Under the pieces are notes generated by a model that did not search any database, was not told where the DNA came from, and saw nothing but the letters and a program-made list of their open reading frames with translations. From Bacillota bacterium (lineage in GTDB: Bacteria; Bacillota; Negativicutes; Sporomusales; CTSoil-080): DNA of 64,000 bases. Below are positions 40,675 through 50,677 of the stretch, piece by piece (position 1 is the first letter of the stretch; each line of letters starts with the position of its first letter). Both the position numbers and the translations under genes were made by a program. The stretch lies in the NCBI GenBank assembly GCA_017889635.1, contig JAGGAC010000026.1, positions 16,145-80,144 of the forward strand, read 5' to 3'.

Positions 40675-42465
40675 TCAACCAACGCAGCGATGCAAGATTT
40701 TCATAATCATTTCAACCCGATTGAATGGAGTTATAAAATAAAAGCCATCAACACCAGACTTTACCTCACAAGCAATCTTTACCGCCAAATCGACGCCTTG
40801 CTCTTCAGCCTCTTCTTTAGTCATATTAGGGTCAAACATCTTGATATATTCTGCAGGGACATTGATGCCAGGCACTTCATTATTAATAAACTGAGCATTT
40901 CTATAGCTTACCAGCGGCATAATACCGCCCAAAATCTTAGCTTGCGAACTTTTCCTTACCTTAGGCAAATAGGCTATTGTTTCGGCATCAAATATCGGCT
41001 GAGTAAGAAAGAACCCAGCTCCCTTTTCAGTTTTTGCTAACATCCGTGATAATTCCACATCCTTATTCAGGACATTAAGATTCAAAGCGCCGCCAATACA
41101 AAACTGATCATCAACAAAGATTTCTTTATTCATTTCTGTTATGAATTCAATTAGTTTTGTGGAATTCAAGTTAAAAACACTTTTAATTTCACTAGTGCTG
41201 GCATTTGGAATAGCATCACCTGTTACCGCCAGAACATTTCTGATTTCTTCAATATGCCCCGCTAAAAGTATAGATTTCAAAGCATTTATATTTCTGTCCC
41301 GGCAGCAAATATGCGGCATTGTTTCAATGCCTACTTCCCGTTTTATCTTGGCGGCAAGCATAACCGAGTCCACCCTAGCTCTAGCCAACGGAGAATCAGC
41401 AATAGTAATTAGATCAACTCCATGTTCCTTACAAATAAACGCATTATGAACGATTTTATCAATATTTATATCAAATGGCGGATCTAATTCTACCGCTATA
41501 GTAAATTGGCCATTTTTTAATTTATCAAAAAAGTTGTTTTTCGTTTTTCTTACTGCACGTAATTCTTTTCTTTCACCCTTAGCAACTGAGGAAGGCTTTA
41601 ACGGTTGTAATTGCACTTTTTCAGCCAGTTTTTTAATATGGCTGGGAGTAGTTCCACAACAGCCGCCAATAATATTTGCCCCCAGACCAGGCATATTGCT
41701 CAATACACTCGCAAAATAATCGGGATTATTATTATAAACCATTCTTTCATTAACAATCTCCGGATACCCAGCATTCGGGAAAATTGACAGCACATCTTGT
41801 GAAAAATCTAAATTACTTATAAGTTTTGCTAAATGAGTTGGACCTACACCACAATTAAACCCATAGGCGTCAATAGTAGTAACCTTTCTTATCTGGTCTC
41901 GGATCCTTTCAAGGCTTATTCCCTTTCTGGTAAAGCCCTCAGAAGTCATAACAAACTGGGTCAAAATAAAAGCGTCAGCCGCTTTATCTTTAATGTAACT
42001 GGCAATCTCAGACAAGTAATCCAGTCGGCTAAAGGTTTCAAAAATAAAAATGTTAGCTCCAACATTCAAAAATGTGTCAACAATAAACATGTACTCATCT
42101 AAAATCCGCGTCTTATCCAATATCGTACCATCAGCTGTCATTTCAGGTATAGGTCCAATACTTGCGGCAATAAATACTTTATTCCCCAATGCAGCCTTTT
42201 GAGCAAGCGCATATCCCTTCTCCAGTATTGTTTTTACTTCCTGGCGCGTTTTATTTAGAACAATAGAATTAGCAGAAAATGTATTGGTTCTGATTAGCTG
42301 TGCTCCAGCTTCGATATACTCAGCATGAATTTTTTCTATTATTAGCGGATTAGTAATATTGGCCAATTCAGGAAATGTATCATTATTACTAATTATTTGC
42401 GAATAATAGGTTCCCATCGCACCATCGGCAATCAAAACATTGTTCTTTAAGTAATCTTTAATCAT
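40675..42465 (-). CDS. Bifunctional homocysteine S-methyltransferase / 5,10-methylene-THF reductase (YitJ-like)
   Basis: DGAMGT, GGCCGTTP, ELDPP, PHICCRDRN, FLTQP; ATG at 42465 with GGAGG RBS. Confidence 0.9.
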   Translation of the reverse strand: MIKDYLKNNVLIADGAMGTYYSQIISNNDTFPELANITNPLIIEKIHAEYIEAGAQLIRTNTFSANSIVLNKTRQEVKTILEKGYALAQKAALGNKVFIAASIGPIPEMTADGTILDKTRILDEYMFIVDTFLNVGANIFIFETFSRLDYLSEIASYIKDKAADAFILTQFVMTSEGFTRKGISLERIRDQIRKVTTIDAYGFNCGVGPTHLAKLISNLDFSQDVLSIFPNAGYPEIVNERMVYNNNPDYFASVLSNMPGLGANIIGGCCGTTPSHIKKLAEKVQLQPLKPSSVAKGERKELRAVRKTKNNFFDKLKNGQFTIAVELDPPFDINIDKIVHNAFICKEHGVDLITIADSPLARARVDSVMLAAKIKREVGIETMPHICCRDRNINALKSILLAGHIEEIRNVLAVTGDAIPNASTSEIKSVFNLNSTKLIEFITEMNKEIFVDDQFCIGGALNLNVLNKDVELSRMLAKTEKGAGFFLTQPIFDAETIAYLPKVRKSSQAKILGGIMPLVSYRNAQFINNEVPGINVPAEYIKMFDPNMTKEEAEEQGVDLAVKIACEVKSGVDGFYFITPFNRVEMIMKILHRCVG

Positions 42466-42639
42466 TATTTTCCTCCGTCTATGCTGGAACTCCAAATCAC
42501 CGTTCGGCAAACTGGGAGTAAAACCGCTATTTTATTTATCCAATTATGCACATAGTGCTAAAATCCTTCTCATGTTCCGAAGATATTCATCAGCCATATC
42601 CTACCTGCTTACCAAACATATCTATAAAAGTTAATTTAT

Positions 42640-42672
42640 TGTAACAACATTGTAACAATCATCTTTTATAAT
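42640..42672 (+). promoter_or_regulatory. WalR-like direct repeat TGTAAC-N5-TGTAAC, 10 bp upstream of TATAAT
   Basis: Half-sites 42640-42645 and 42651-42656; -10 at 42667-42672. Confidence 0.75.
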
Positions 42673-42697
42673 TAGATCAAATAAAGGAGGTTAGTAC

Positions 42698-42916
42698 ATG
42701 AAAAAGACATTAGTCGCAGTACTTGGCTTATTTGTTTTGAGCATTGGCTCAACAGTAAGCGCTCACAGCCAACTCGAGATTGCACAACAACCACCAGTGC
42801 AGACCGCTTATGCAGCGCCAGGTCATCAACCTGAGCCCCAGCCTGCTCCTCAGCCTGCTCCTCACAAAAAGAAAGCAAAACCAGCTCCGCATCAAGGCGA
42901 ACAACCCAGACCATAA
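42698..42916 (+). CDS. Small secreted Pro-rich protein, paralog of 40225..40593
   Basis: AAGGAGG RBS; MKKTL..TVSA signal; shared YAAP and PAPHKKK. Confidence 0.8.
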   Translation: MKKTLVAVLGLFVLSIGSTVSAHSQLEIAQQPPVQTAYAAPGHQPEPQPAPQPAPHKKKAKPAPHQGEQPRP

Positions 42917-43086
42917 TAGGTACTGCTAAAATTTAAAAATTATTATCCCCAGACATTAAAAACTACTGATTTCCGATCTGCCTTTTGGCAGGCGAACAGT
43001 AACAGAAACTATTTGAAAAGGCACAGTGCTTTGTTGAAGTGTTCAACAGTTGCTCTCTGCCTTTTATATATTTTATCGTTATCACA

Positions 43087-43133
43087 TAAAGCCGCAACCA
43101 ACTCATAATATTGAAGTCAGTTGCGGCTTTATT
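43087..43133 (-). terminator. Intrinsic terminator after iorB
   Basis: ATAAAGCCGCAAC...GTTGCGGCTTTAT. Confidence 0.6.
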
Positions 43134-43187
43134 GTTCATTTCTTTAACTTCAGATTACACCAATTCCATACCTAACAATAATCAGAA

Positions 43188-43766
43188 TTAATCAACAAGT
43201 GCAAGACCAGCATTAAAGGCTTTGATATTGATGTCCGCCATACCTGTTTTGACATTTTGACGGATTGCTTCTTCCCAGTTGATATCAGTCAACTTCATTC
43301 CTTTTACCAGCGCCCCAAAAAGAACAATATTCATCGTCCGGCCGTTGCCGACTTCTTTGGCAACTTCCGCAGCTTTGATAACAGTTGTAGGCACTTTGCT
43401 CTTGATTATCTCCAACACGCCTTCAGGATAATCGTTTTTGCCCATTAGAATCGGGGCAGAAGGAATTCTGTAGTCATTGACTACGGCCTTACCTTTTGGA
43501 CTCAGATATTCCAACCAGCGCAGCGCTTCCATAGTTTCAAAGGAAACCAGTATATCAGCCTGTCCTTTGTCAATAATCGGCGAATATACCTTCTTACCGT
43601 ATCTTACCTGATTACTAACACTGCCACCGCGTTGAGCCATGCCATGCACTTCTGACATTTTTACATCATACCCGGCATCCATTAGTCCAGTGGATAAAAT
43701 TTTACCTACCAGTATGGTACCTTGTCCGCCTACGCCAACTAATAATATATTTTTTACATCGGACAT
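43188..43766 (-). CDS. iorB: Indolepyruvate:ferredoxin oxidoreductase beta subunit
   Basis: GVGGQG, SEVHGMAQRGGSV. Confidence 0.9.
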   Translation of the reverse strand: MSDVKNILLVGVGGQGTILVGKILSTGLMDAGYDVKMSEVHGMAQRGGSVSNQVRYGKKVYSPIIDKGQADILVSFETMEALRWLEYLSPKGKAVVNDYRIPSAPILMGKNDYPEGVLEIIKSKVPTTVIKAAEVAKEVGNGRTMNIVLFGALVKGMKLTDINWEEAIRQNVKTGMADINIKAFNAGLALVD

Positions 43767-43767
43767 G

Positions 43768-45546
43768 TTATTCACCCACCCTCTTGATTGCTTTCACTGG
43801 GCAAACCTGCTTACAAACTTCACAGCCTACACACTGACTCTCGTCAATCTTGACTTTTTTGGTGCCTTTGTTAAACTGCAGCGCCGGGCAGCCGGTTTTA
43901 ATACAAGCCTTACAGCCAATACACTTGTCAGTTTCAACTACGCATTTACCAAAGTAATTGCCGAATTCTTTTTTGTCAGCTTCAGACTGTTTCTTAAGTA
44001 CACAAGGCCACCTGGTAATAATTACTGAAGGTTCATCCAGTTCCAATGCCCAAGTGAAGGCTTCTTTCAATTCTTTCAAGTTAAGTGGGTTTACGGTCCG
44101 TACATGCTTAATACCGAGTGCTTTTACTAACGGCTCGATTTCAATGATCGTGGTTGGCATTCCTTGGAGAGTAAAACCGGAACCAGGATTTTCCTGATGG
44201 CCGGTCATGCCGGTAATCCGGTTGTCAAGAATACATGTAATAGTATTACTGCGGTTGTATACAACATGCATTAAGCTATTAATGCCAGTATGGAAAAAAG
44301 TCGAATCCCCGATAGTAGAAATAGTCCGCATGTTTTCATTAAACCGGTTGAATATCTTCTGCGCACCATGACCCATGCTGATACTGGCGCCCATGTCGAT
44401 GGTAGAATCTTTAGCATTCAATGGGTCAGACCCACCTAAAGAGTAGCAGCCAATATCCCCGGTAATCATGACATTTTTAAGTTTCGCGAGTTCATAGAAG
44501 AAACCACGATGAGGACAACCAGCGCACAACGTTGGTGGGCGGTTAGGCACAACCGAAAGATCATAGTCAATTACTGGACGTGTCTCGCCAAGTAAAGCTT
44601 TGCCAACAATATCAGGCGTCAATTCCCAAATGTTTGTGATTTTTTCCTTGCCGATACAGTGAATTCCAGCTGCTTTAATCTGCTCTTCCATAAATGGTTC
44701 AAGTTCTTCAACAACATATAAGGTTTCAACTTCTGCGGCAAACGCTTTTATTTTTGCCATTGGCAACGGATAGGAAAAACCGATTTTTAGATATGATGCG
44801 TTTTCGCCGAATACTTCCTTAGCATATTGATAGGCAACACCGGCGGCAATAACACCAACCTTTTTATTGTTCCATTCAATGTAGTTAAGCTCAGTTTCAT
44901 TAGAAAAAGCTTCTAACTTTTTAAGCCGCTCTTCAACTTTAACATGAAGGTGGCGGGCATTAGCTGGCACCAAGTCGTATTTTTGAAGATTTTTCACATA
45001 CGGCTTTTTAGTCGGTTTAACTGCTTCACCGATTTCGACCAAGCTTTTGCTATGACAAACCCGGGTAGTCATCCGGAACAAAATCGGAGTATCAAACTTT
45101 TCGCTAATTTCCATAGCAGTCTTGACCATGTCTTTACATTCCTGGCTGTTAGCAGGCTCCAGCATAGCGATTTTAGCAAATTTCGCATAGTTGCGGTTAT
45201 CCTGTTCGTTCTGTGACGAATGCAGTCCCGGATCGTCGGCAGATACCAGCATCATGCCGCCATTTACTCCAGAATATGCAAAGCTGAACAGTGGGTCGGC
45301 CGCAACATTCACTCCAACCATCTTCGCGGCAAACAGAGTTCGGGCCCCTGCTACTGAAGCACCTATTACACATTCAAAGGCTACTTTTTCGTTGGGAGCC
45401 CACTCAGCAATGACTTCATCTTTGTACTCAGCAAGGTTTTCCAATATCTCAGTGCTGGGAGTGCCTGGATAAGCTGAAGCATAGGAAATGCCTGCTTCCA
45501 AGGCTCCCAAGGCTACCGCTTCGTTACCGGTTAATAGTTTCTTCAT
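43768..45546 (-). CDS. iorA: Indolepyruvate:ferredoxin oxidoreductase alpha subunit
   Basis: GNEAVA, YPGTPSTE, SSQNEQDNR, RPPTLCAGCPHR, GDSTFFH, C-terminal 2x4Fe-4S. Confidence 0.93.
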   Translation of the reverse strand: MKKLLTGNEAVALGALEAGISYASAYPGTPSTEILENLAEYKDEVIAEWAPNEKVAFECVIGASVAGARTLFAAKMVGVNVAADPLFSFAYSGVNGGMMLVSADDPGLHSSQNEQDNRNYAKFAKIAMLEPANSQECKDMVKTAMEISEKFDTPILFRMTTRVCHSKSLVEIGEAVKPTKKPYVKNLQKYDLVPANARHLHVKVEERLKKLEAFSNETELNYIEWNNKKVGVIAAGVAYQYAKEVFGENASYLKIGFSYPLPMAKIKAFAAEVETLYVVEELEPFMEEQIKAAGIHCIGKEKITNIWELTPDIVGKALLGETRPVIDYDLSVVPNRPPTLCAGCPHRGFFYELAKLKNVMITGDIGCYSLGGSDPLNAKDSTIDMGASISMGHGAQKIFNRFNENMRTISTIGDSTFFHTGINSLMHVVYNRSNTITCILDNRITGMTGHQENPGSGFTLQGMPTTIIEIEPLVKALGIKHVRTVNPLNLKELKEAFTWALELDEPSVIITRWPCVLKKQSEADKKEFGNYFGKCVVETDKCIGCKACIKTGCPALQFNKGTKKVKIDESQCVGCEVCKQVCPVKAIKRVGE

Positions 45547-45577
45547 GCCCAAACCTCCTGTTTTTTATAATTTAAAT

Positions 45578-46234
45578 TTATGCGGTTTGTCTTCTTCTTG
45601 CATAAGAAAGAAGGACACCCAGCGCAATAGATAGGTAAGCTGCTGCTAATACCCGATATTCCGGCGGCAACATAAAGACAATAGTATGAGCCGGAATCCA
45701 AAAAAACGGTTGAATTTTGAGAACAATAAAGTTGATAAACGCCTGCCAGTCAATATGGACTAAAACCTCCGCCAAGGCAGGTGCGGCTTTGTCGGTCTCT
45801 CTCATATCGATATAAGTGTCACTCACCCGGTGAGCCGCTGAAAACATTGGCCCAAAGGTCAGATTCATAAAGGCACTAGTATAGAACGCTCCTAAGAGCA
45901 GACTCAAAAAACCTTCGCCGACAAACAGCATGCCAGCTTTTGCCGCCCCAGCAACACCATTTGAAAAAACTTGAAACATTAGCGCAACAAGCATACCGAT
46001 AATGCCCCATATAAAGGACTTATAGATCATACCGGCAGGCTTTTTCCACGCACCGGATACAATACGGATAGCGAGAAGTTCGCCCATGGTTGCCAGTATC
46101 AAAAATTTAATAAAGGCCATTATATAGGGGTGAGCCGCAGTCATTTGAATAAATACCTCGTGTGTTACAGGAACGATAAGTAAGGCTGATATCACGCAAA
46201 GCACGATTGCCCATATAAAATCTCCTTGTTTCAA
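45578..46234 (-). CDS. Uncharacterised membrane protein (Mpv17/PMP22-like)
   Basis: Multiple TMs; FWIPAHTIVF..PPEYRVL pattern. Confidence 0.65.
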   Translation of the reverse strand: MKQGDFIWAIVLCVISALLIVPVTHEVFIQMTAAHPYIMAFIKFLILATMGELLAIRIVSGAWKKPAGMIYKSFIWGIIGMLVALMFQVFSNGVAGAAKAGMLFVGEGFLSLLLGAFYTSAFMNLTFGPMFSAAHRVSDTYIDMRETDKAAPALAEVLVHIDWQAFINFIVLKIQPFFWIPAHTIVFMLPPEYRVLAAAYLSIALGVLLSYARRRQTA

Positions 46235-46273
46235 TTGGTCCCCTCCGTTTTACAATATTATAAACTTTCTATT

Positions 46274-47182
46274 TTAACCCTTAACCCTGCTGAGGGCCAC
46301 GCAGGCTAAGGCAATTGAATTAAGCTTAGCTTCAGGAGAATCAGAACGAGATACCATAACAATCGGATTAGTTGCGCCCAAAATTATTCCGGCATTTTTC
46401 GCCTTAGCGTAATGAATCATTAATTTACCAAAAATATTTCCGGCTTCAATAGTTGGTACCAAGAAAATATCGACATCGCCAGCAACTTTGCTGTTAATAC
46501 CTTTATGCTTTGCTGCTTCAGCGCTTGAAGCAACATCCATAGCGATCGGTCCTTCAATCACACTGGACGGAAATTCCCCTGCGGCAGCCATATCCACCAA
46601 AGCTTTGGCATCGACAGTCGCTGGCATTTTCGGATTTACTTGCTCATTTGCTGTTAACACTGCAACCTTTGGTGTAGCAATACCCATATTTTGCAGGGCT
46701 TCAATGGCGTTAAGCAGGATACCTTTTTTGGCAGCTAGATCTGGCGCAATGTTCATTCCACCATCAGTTTTAAAAATAATTTTTTTCTCGCCAGGAATTT
46801 CAAATGCTGCAAAATGGGAAAGCGTTCTTCCTGAGCGCAAACCATACTCGGCGTTAAGCGCAGCTCTGAGAAAGTTACTGCTGTTTATCAGGCCTTTCAT
46901 GTAGATTTGTGCTTCACCACTACTTACTTTCTTCACAGCAATGAGCGCTGCCTGATCATCATCAGTTTCATGAATAATCTCCGTGTCAGCCGCCAGACCA
47001 ACTTTAGCCGCCAGCGGCTTAATTTTTTCAGCGTCACCTACAAGAATAGCTCTTGCTAAACCTGCATCCTCAGCGGCTTTAATGGCCAAGAGTACATCTT
47101 CATCCTGCGCCACAGCCACACTAATTGTTACTTTGCCAAGCTTTTTAGCTTTGTCTACAACTTCATTAAAATTCTTCAACAT
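46274..47182 (-). CDS. ptb: Phosphate acyltransferase (phosphate butyryltransferase family)
   Basis: MKGL, TDGGMNIAP, EGPIAMD, P-IEAGN, SRSDS. Confidence 0.85.
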   Translation of the reverse strand: MLKNFNEVVDKAKKLGKVTISVAVAQDEDVLLAIKAAEDAGLARAILVGDAEKIKPLAAKVGLAADTEIIHETDDDQAALIAVKKVSSGEAQIYMKGLINSSNFLRAALNAEYGLRSGRTLSHFAAFEIPGEKKIIFKTDGGMNIAPDLAAKKGILLNAIEALQNMGIATPKVAVLTANEQVNPKMPATVDAKALVDMAAAGEFPSSVIEGPIAMDVASSAEAAKHKGINSKVAGDVDIFLVPTIEAGNIFGKLMIHYAKAKNAGIILGATNPIVMVSRSDSPEAKLNSIALACVALSRVKG

Positions 47183-47201
47183 AATTGTTACCTCCGTTTA
47201 A

Positions 47202-48266
47202 TTATTGATATATCTTGGCATCCTCTTCACCTCTGAGCACTCTTAGTGCCCCGGCAGCTAAAGACTCCAGTTCTTCCTCCCCTGGGACAACAACCACAGG
47301 AGCAATAAATTTTGTCTTTTCAGTAATGCCTTTAACAACTCTCTCAGAATATGCAATTCCACCGGTCAAAATTATCCGGTCGACATCGCCATTTACTACA
47401 GTAGCAAGTGCTCCAATGTCCTTCGCAATTTGATAAATCATTGCTTTTAGAATGAGTTCAGCCTTTTTGTCGCCTTCAGTAACCATTTTTTCGACAGTAC
47501 GAATATCCTTAGTTCCCAGATAGGCATAAAAGCCACCTGATCCAAATAATCTCTTTTTAAGCTCTTCATAAGTATACTTACCGGAAAAACATAGCTTGAG
47601 CAGTTGACTTGCAGGCAGTCCACCACAACGATCAGGCGCAAAAGGGCCTTCTTCTTTGCCATCGCTGATATCAACCATTCTACCGTCGCGATGTACCGAT
47701 AGAGATATTCCTGTTCCCAAATGTGCCACAACAAGTTTAGCTTCAATATAGCTTTTCCCTATCTCAATAGCCACTTTACGAGCAACAGCTTTCATGTTAA
47801 GCGCATGGCACATACTTCCGCGTACAATATCCGGCGAACCTGATATCCTGGCTACCGAATCAAGTTCATCAACCGCTACTGGGTCAACGATAAACGCTGG
47901 TATCCCCAGCGGCTTAGCCAATCTGTCTGCAATAACTGCACCAAGATTAGAAGCATGTTCGCCACGTTCGGCTGTTCTAAGGTTACTCAGCATTAATTCA
48001 TTAACTGCATATGTACCGCCCGCAATTGGTTTTAAGAGTCCACCCCGGCCAACTACAGCACCTAACGTGCTGAGTTCAATACCAGCCTCAGCTAAAGCCT
48101 CCAGGATAAGATCCAGACGATATTTATACTGATCAAACACTCGCGTAAATCCCTGCAATTCAGTCCCCTGATGTTCCACATTCCTCTTCAGAAGCACCTC
48201 TTCGCTGTCAAAAACTGCAAATTTCGTTGATGTAGCTCCAGGATTAACTGCAAGTACCCTTTTCAT
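47202..48266 (-). CDS. buk: Butyrate/branched-chain carboxylate kinase
   Basis: NPGATSTK, GRGGLL, HASNLG, HALNMKA, PGEEE. Confidence 0.92.
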   Translation of the reverse strand: MKRVLAVNPGATSTKFAVFDSEEVLLKRNVEHQGTELQGFTRVFDQYKYRLDLILEALAEAGIELSTLGAVVGRGGLLKPIAGGTYAVNELMLSNLRTAERGEHASNLGAVIADRLAKPLGIPAFIVDPVAVDELDSVARISGSPDIVRGSMCHALNMKAVARKVAIEIGKSYIEAKLVVAHLGTGISLSVHRDGRMVDISDGKEEGPFAPDRCGGLPASQLLKLCFSGKYTYEELKKRLFGSGGFYAYLGTKDIRTVEKMVTEGDKKAELILKAMIYQIAKDIGALATVVNGDVDRIILTGGIAYSERVVKGITEKTKFIAPVVVVPGEEELESLAAGALRVLRGEEDAKIYQ

Positions 48267-48368
48267 AACTCCTCCCAACATAACCTTAGCCTCAAGAGCG
48301 CAATTTCTTTATAATCTGCATCATTCTCTCCTGTTAACAGCTGGTTAAATTAATTTACATATGTTAAT

Positions 48369-48399
48369 AGAATAAACCCTCCAGTAGCCGGAGGGTCAA
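48369..48399 (-). promoter_or_regulatory. MerR-type promoter (19-bp spacer with dyad)
   Basis: TTGACC-19bp-TATTCT with ACCCTCC-N7-GGAGGGT dyad (48376-48396). Confidence 0.75.
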
Positions 48400-49220
48400 C
48401 TACTTTGTTTTTTTATCGGAATTTGTATTTCAGTAAGATGGCTATTTTTATCCATCGAAATCAACTCATCAATTATTGTTCGTTCCAACGCTTCACCAGC
48501 AACCTGATAATTGCTTGCCCTAATATACTCCATCACTTTCTTATAGTACTCATTTGAGCCACTATGGCTACCGTGGTAATAGATACAAGCATAATCGCCA
48601 CCAGTAATTTTTTGGGTCGACTGTATGTTATCAACATTTTCCTCAAGCAAGAAATAAACCGAATCATATTCATCAAACTTCCACTTGTTTAAATTCTCTT
48701 CTGAAATAGTAAATCCTACTTTTCCAATGAATAATGGAATTCTAGTCATTTTTTCAAGTTTCCGCACAGAAAACTCTAACTCGGATATTGATCCCATTTT
48801 TTCTTTAAGACTCAAAACCGTTCTTTCGGGAATGTTTTTTATAATTACCTGGCCAATATTAGGAATGGTTAGAGCTTCTTCTATCTCTTTAACCCGATTG
48901 GCAAAACGATGACTAACTACCATCAATTCAGCAATTTTATTAAGTGTTGCCTCACGCTCCAGCTTTAAAAGTTCTAAAAAATGATTGATATCCCGATTCT
49001 CAATATGTACTCTGATATCCTTTAAAGCTATACCTAAAGATTTCAGGTAATTAATCATGTCAAGCTGTTCAAATTGTTCGGTTGAATAATATCGATACTT
49101 TGTATATTTATCAACTTCGATCGGTTTTAACAGTCCTATTTCATCATAATATCTTAGTGTCTTTATCGGCACATTAAACAGCATTGACATCTCACCAATG
49201 GTAAACCTGTTCTTCATCAA
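48396..49220 (-). CDS. MerR family regulator with GyrI-like effector domain (BmrR-like)
   Basis: FTIGEMS..TLRYYDEIGLLKP..YRYY; C-terminal GDYAC...TEIQIPI. Confidence 0.9.
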   Translation of the reverse strand: MMKNRFTIGEMSMLFNVPIKTLRYYDEIGLLKPIEVDKYTKYRYYSTEQFEQLDMINYLKSLGIALKDIRVHIENRDINHFLELLKLEREATLNKIAELMVVSHRFANRVKEIEEALTIPNIGQVIIKNIPERTVLSLKEKMGSISELEFSVRKLEKMTRIPLFIGKVGFTISEENLNKWKFDEYDSVYFLLEENVDNIQSTQKITGGDYACIYYHGSHSGSNEYYKKVMEYIRASNYQVAGEALERTIIDELISMDKNSHLTEIQIPIKKQSS

Positions 49221-49420
49221 TCCCCCACCGTTCGCACAAGCATACGACTTTTTTCTTCATAATAGCCTCTCATTCCTTCTGGTAAGTATAGGTTATTTGC
49301 CAGAAGACTAAAAGCTCATTCTGCCAACTCCGGCAAAATGAGCTTTTAACTTACTTATCAACAAACTTAAGTCTTTTAATATAAGCTACTCAAACTCACG
49401 AATTAATAAACTTTTTCGCC

Positions 49421-50677
49421 TTACTTGTTACCAGAACAAAATACTTTCGGTGGATTCAAGAATACGGTACATCCAACTCCAACCACTGCTATAAGGGCAA
49501 CAATTATTATCGACACCTGATAAGCCCCTGTTGTATGAAGAGCAACCGATCCAGCAACAACCCCAGCTGTTCCACCTAATATGCCAAGTCCCATCCACAT
49601 ACCACCAAGTTTACCAACAATATGAGCTGGATAGTGCATCGCGCAAAACGCTTGAACGTTCGGATTAACCCAGCCCTGAAAGAATCCGGCTATAAATAGA
49701 AAAGGAACCAGAACTACCGGATTGCCATGGACAAACGGAAATTTAATCGAAAGGCAAAAAATACCAGCCATTATAAACCCAATCATGACGACCGGCTTGA
49801 CTACACCTTTAAATATTTTCTGCATTGCCAAACTGCCGACTACCGAACCAATCATAAACGCGATCTGAACAACCATCATATATTTTCCGGCAGCCACCGG
49901 CCCATACCCGATACCGATCGGCGGATTAATCGCAAGATATGCCGGAGTCAAATCGTTAAAGGCCTGCATTATCCACGACAAGAAGAAAATACAAAGTATT
50001 CCAATATAGGTAACCGGTTGTTTTAACGCCAATTTAAAATCACTGCTACTGGACAAGTCACAAGCTGCTACGCTGCTATCTTCAGCTGGCGGCTTAGGAC
50101 CAAAAGCAACCACCATTGACAACAAAAGGCCAATAACCGGAGCAACCGCCAACCAGGCCATCGCCGTTGTCCAACTGCCTGTTGCCTCAAAAACCGCCGG
50201 AACAGTGCCAAAACCGATAGCAATCCCCAGCGACACAGACAAACCCTGGATTCCCAATACCAAGCCACGCTCAGCCTCCGGAAACCAAACCGCCGCAACC
50301 GCTGACCCGACCCCCATTATCGCTCCGGCACCAACCCCTTCAATAATTCTAAGAGCTACAAGCGCTGGAAAGCTATCAGAAAACGTTGGGATAAGAATGT
50401 CACCCAAAAACATTAACACACATGAAGCAATAAACACCGGCACCGCTCCGACCCGGTCCACAAAAGCGCCGCCAGCAACTGCCCCAACAGTTACAAATAG
50501 TGTAAACGCGCCCATAAAAGCCCCTGTAGCTTCTCCAAGGCTTAGCCCCAACTGACTGGCAATGACACCTATCAAAGGCGCAAACGAGATAAGAATTATT
50601 CCCTCGGTTACTGTAATGAACCAAAGAGCCAATAAAACAAACCATCGAAACTTTGGATAATAAGAAGCTGCACTCAT
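49421..50677 (-). CDS. MFS transporter
   Basis: About 12 TMs; GAFVDRVG motif A; WFPEAERG. Confidence 0.85.
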   Translation of the reverse strand: MSAASYYPKFRWFVLLALWFITVTEGIILISFAPLIGVIASQLGLSLGEATGAFMGAFTLFVTVGAVAGGAFVDRVGAVPVFIASCVLMFLGDILIPTFSDSFPALVALRIIEGVGAGAIMGVGSAVAAVWFPEAERGLVLGIQGLSVSLGIAIGFGTVPAVFEATGSWTTAMAWLAVAPVIGLLLSMVVAFGPKPPAEDSSVAACDLSSSSDFKLALKQPVTYIGILCIFFLSWIMQAFNDLTPAYLAINPPIGIGYGPVAAGKYMMVVQIAFMIGSVVGSLAMQKIFKGVVKPVVMIGFIMAGIFCLSIKFPFVHGNPVVLVPFLFIAGFFQGWVNPNVQAFCAMHYPAHIVGKLGGMWMGLGILGGTAGVVAGSVALHTTGAYQVSIIIVALIAVVGVGCTVFLNPPKVFCSGNK

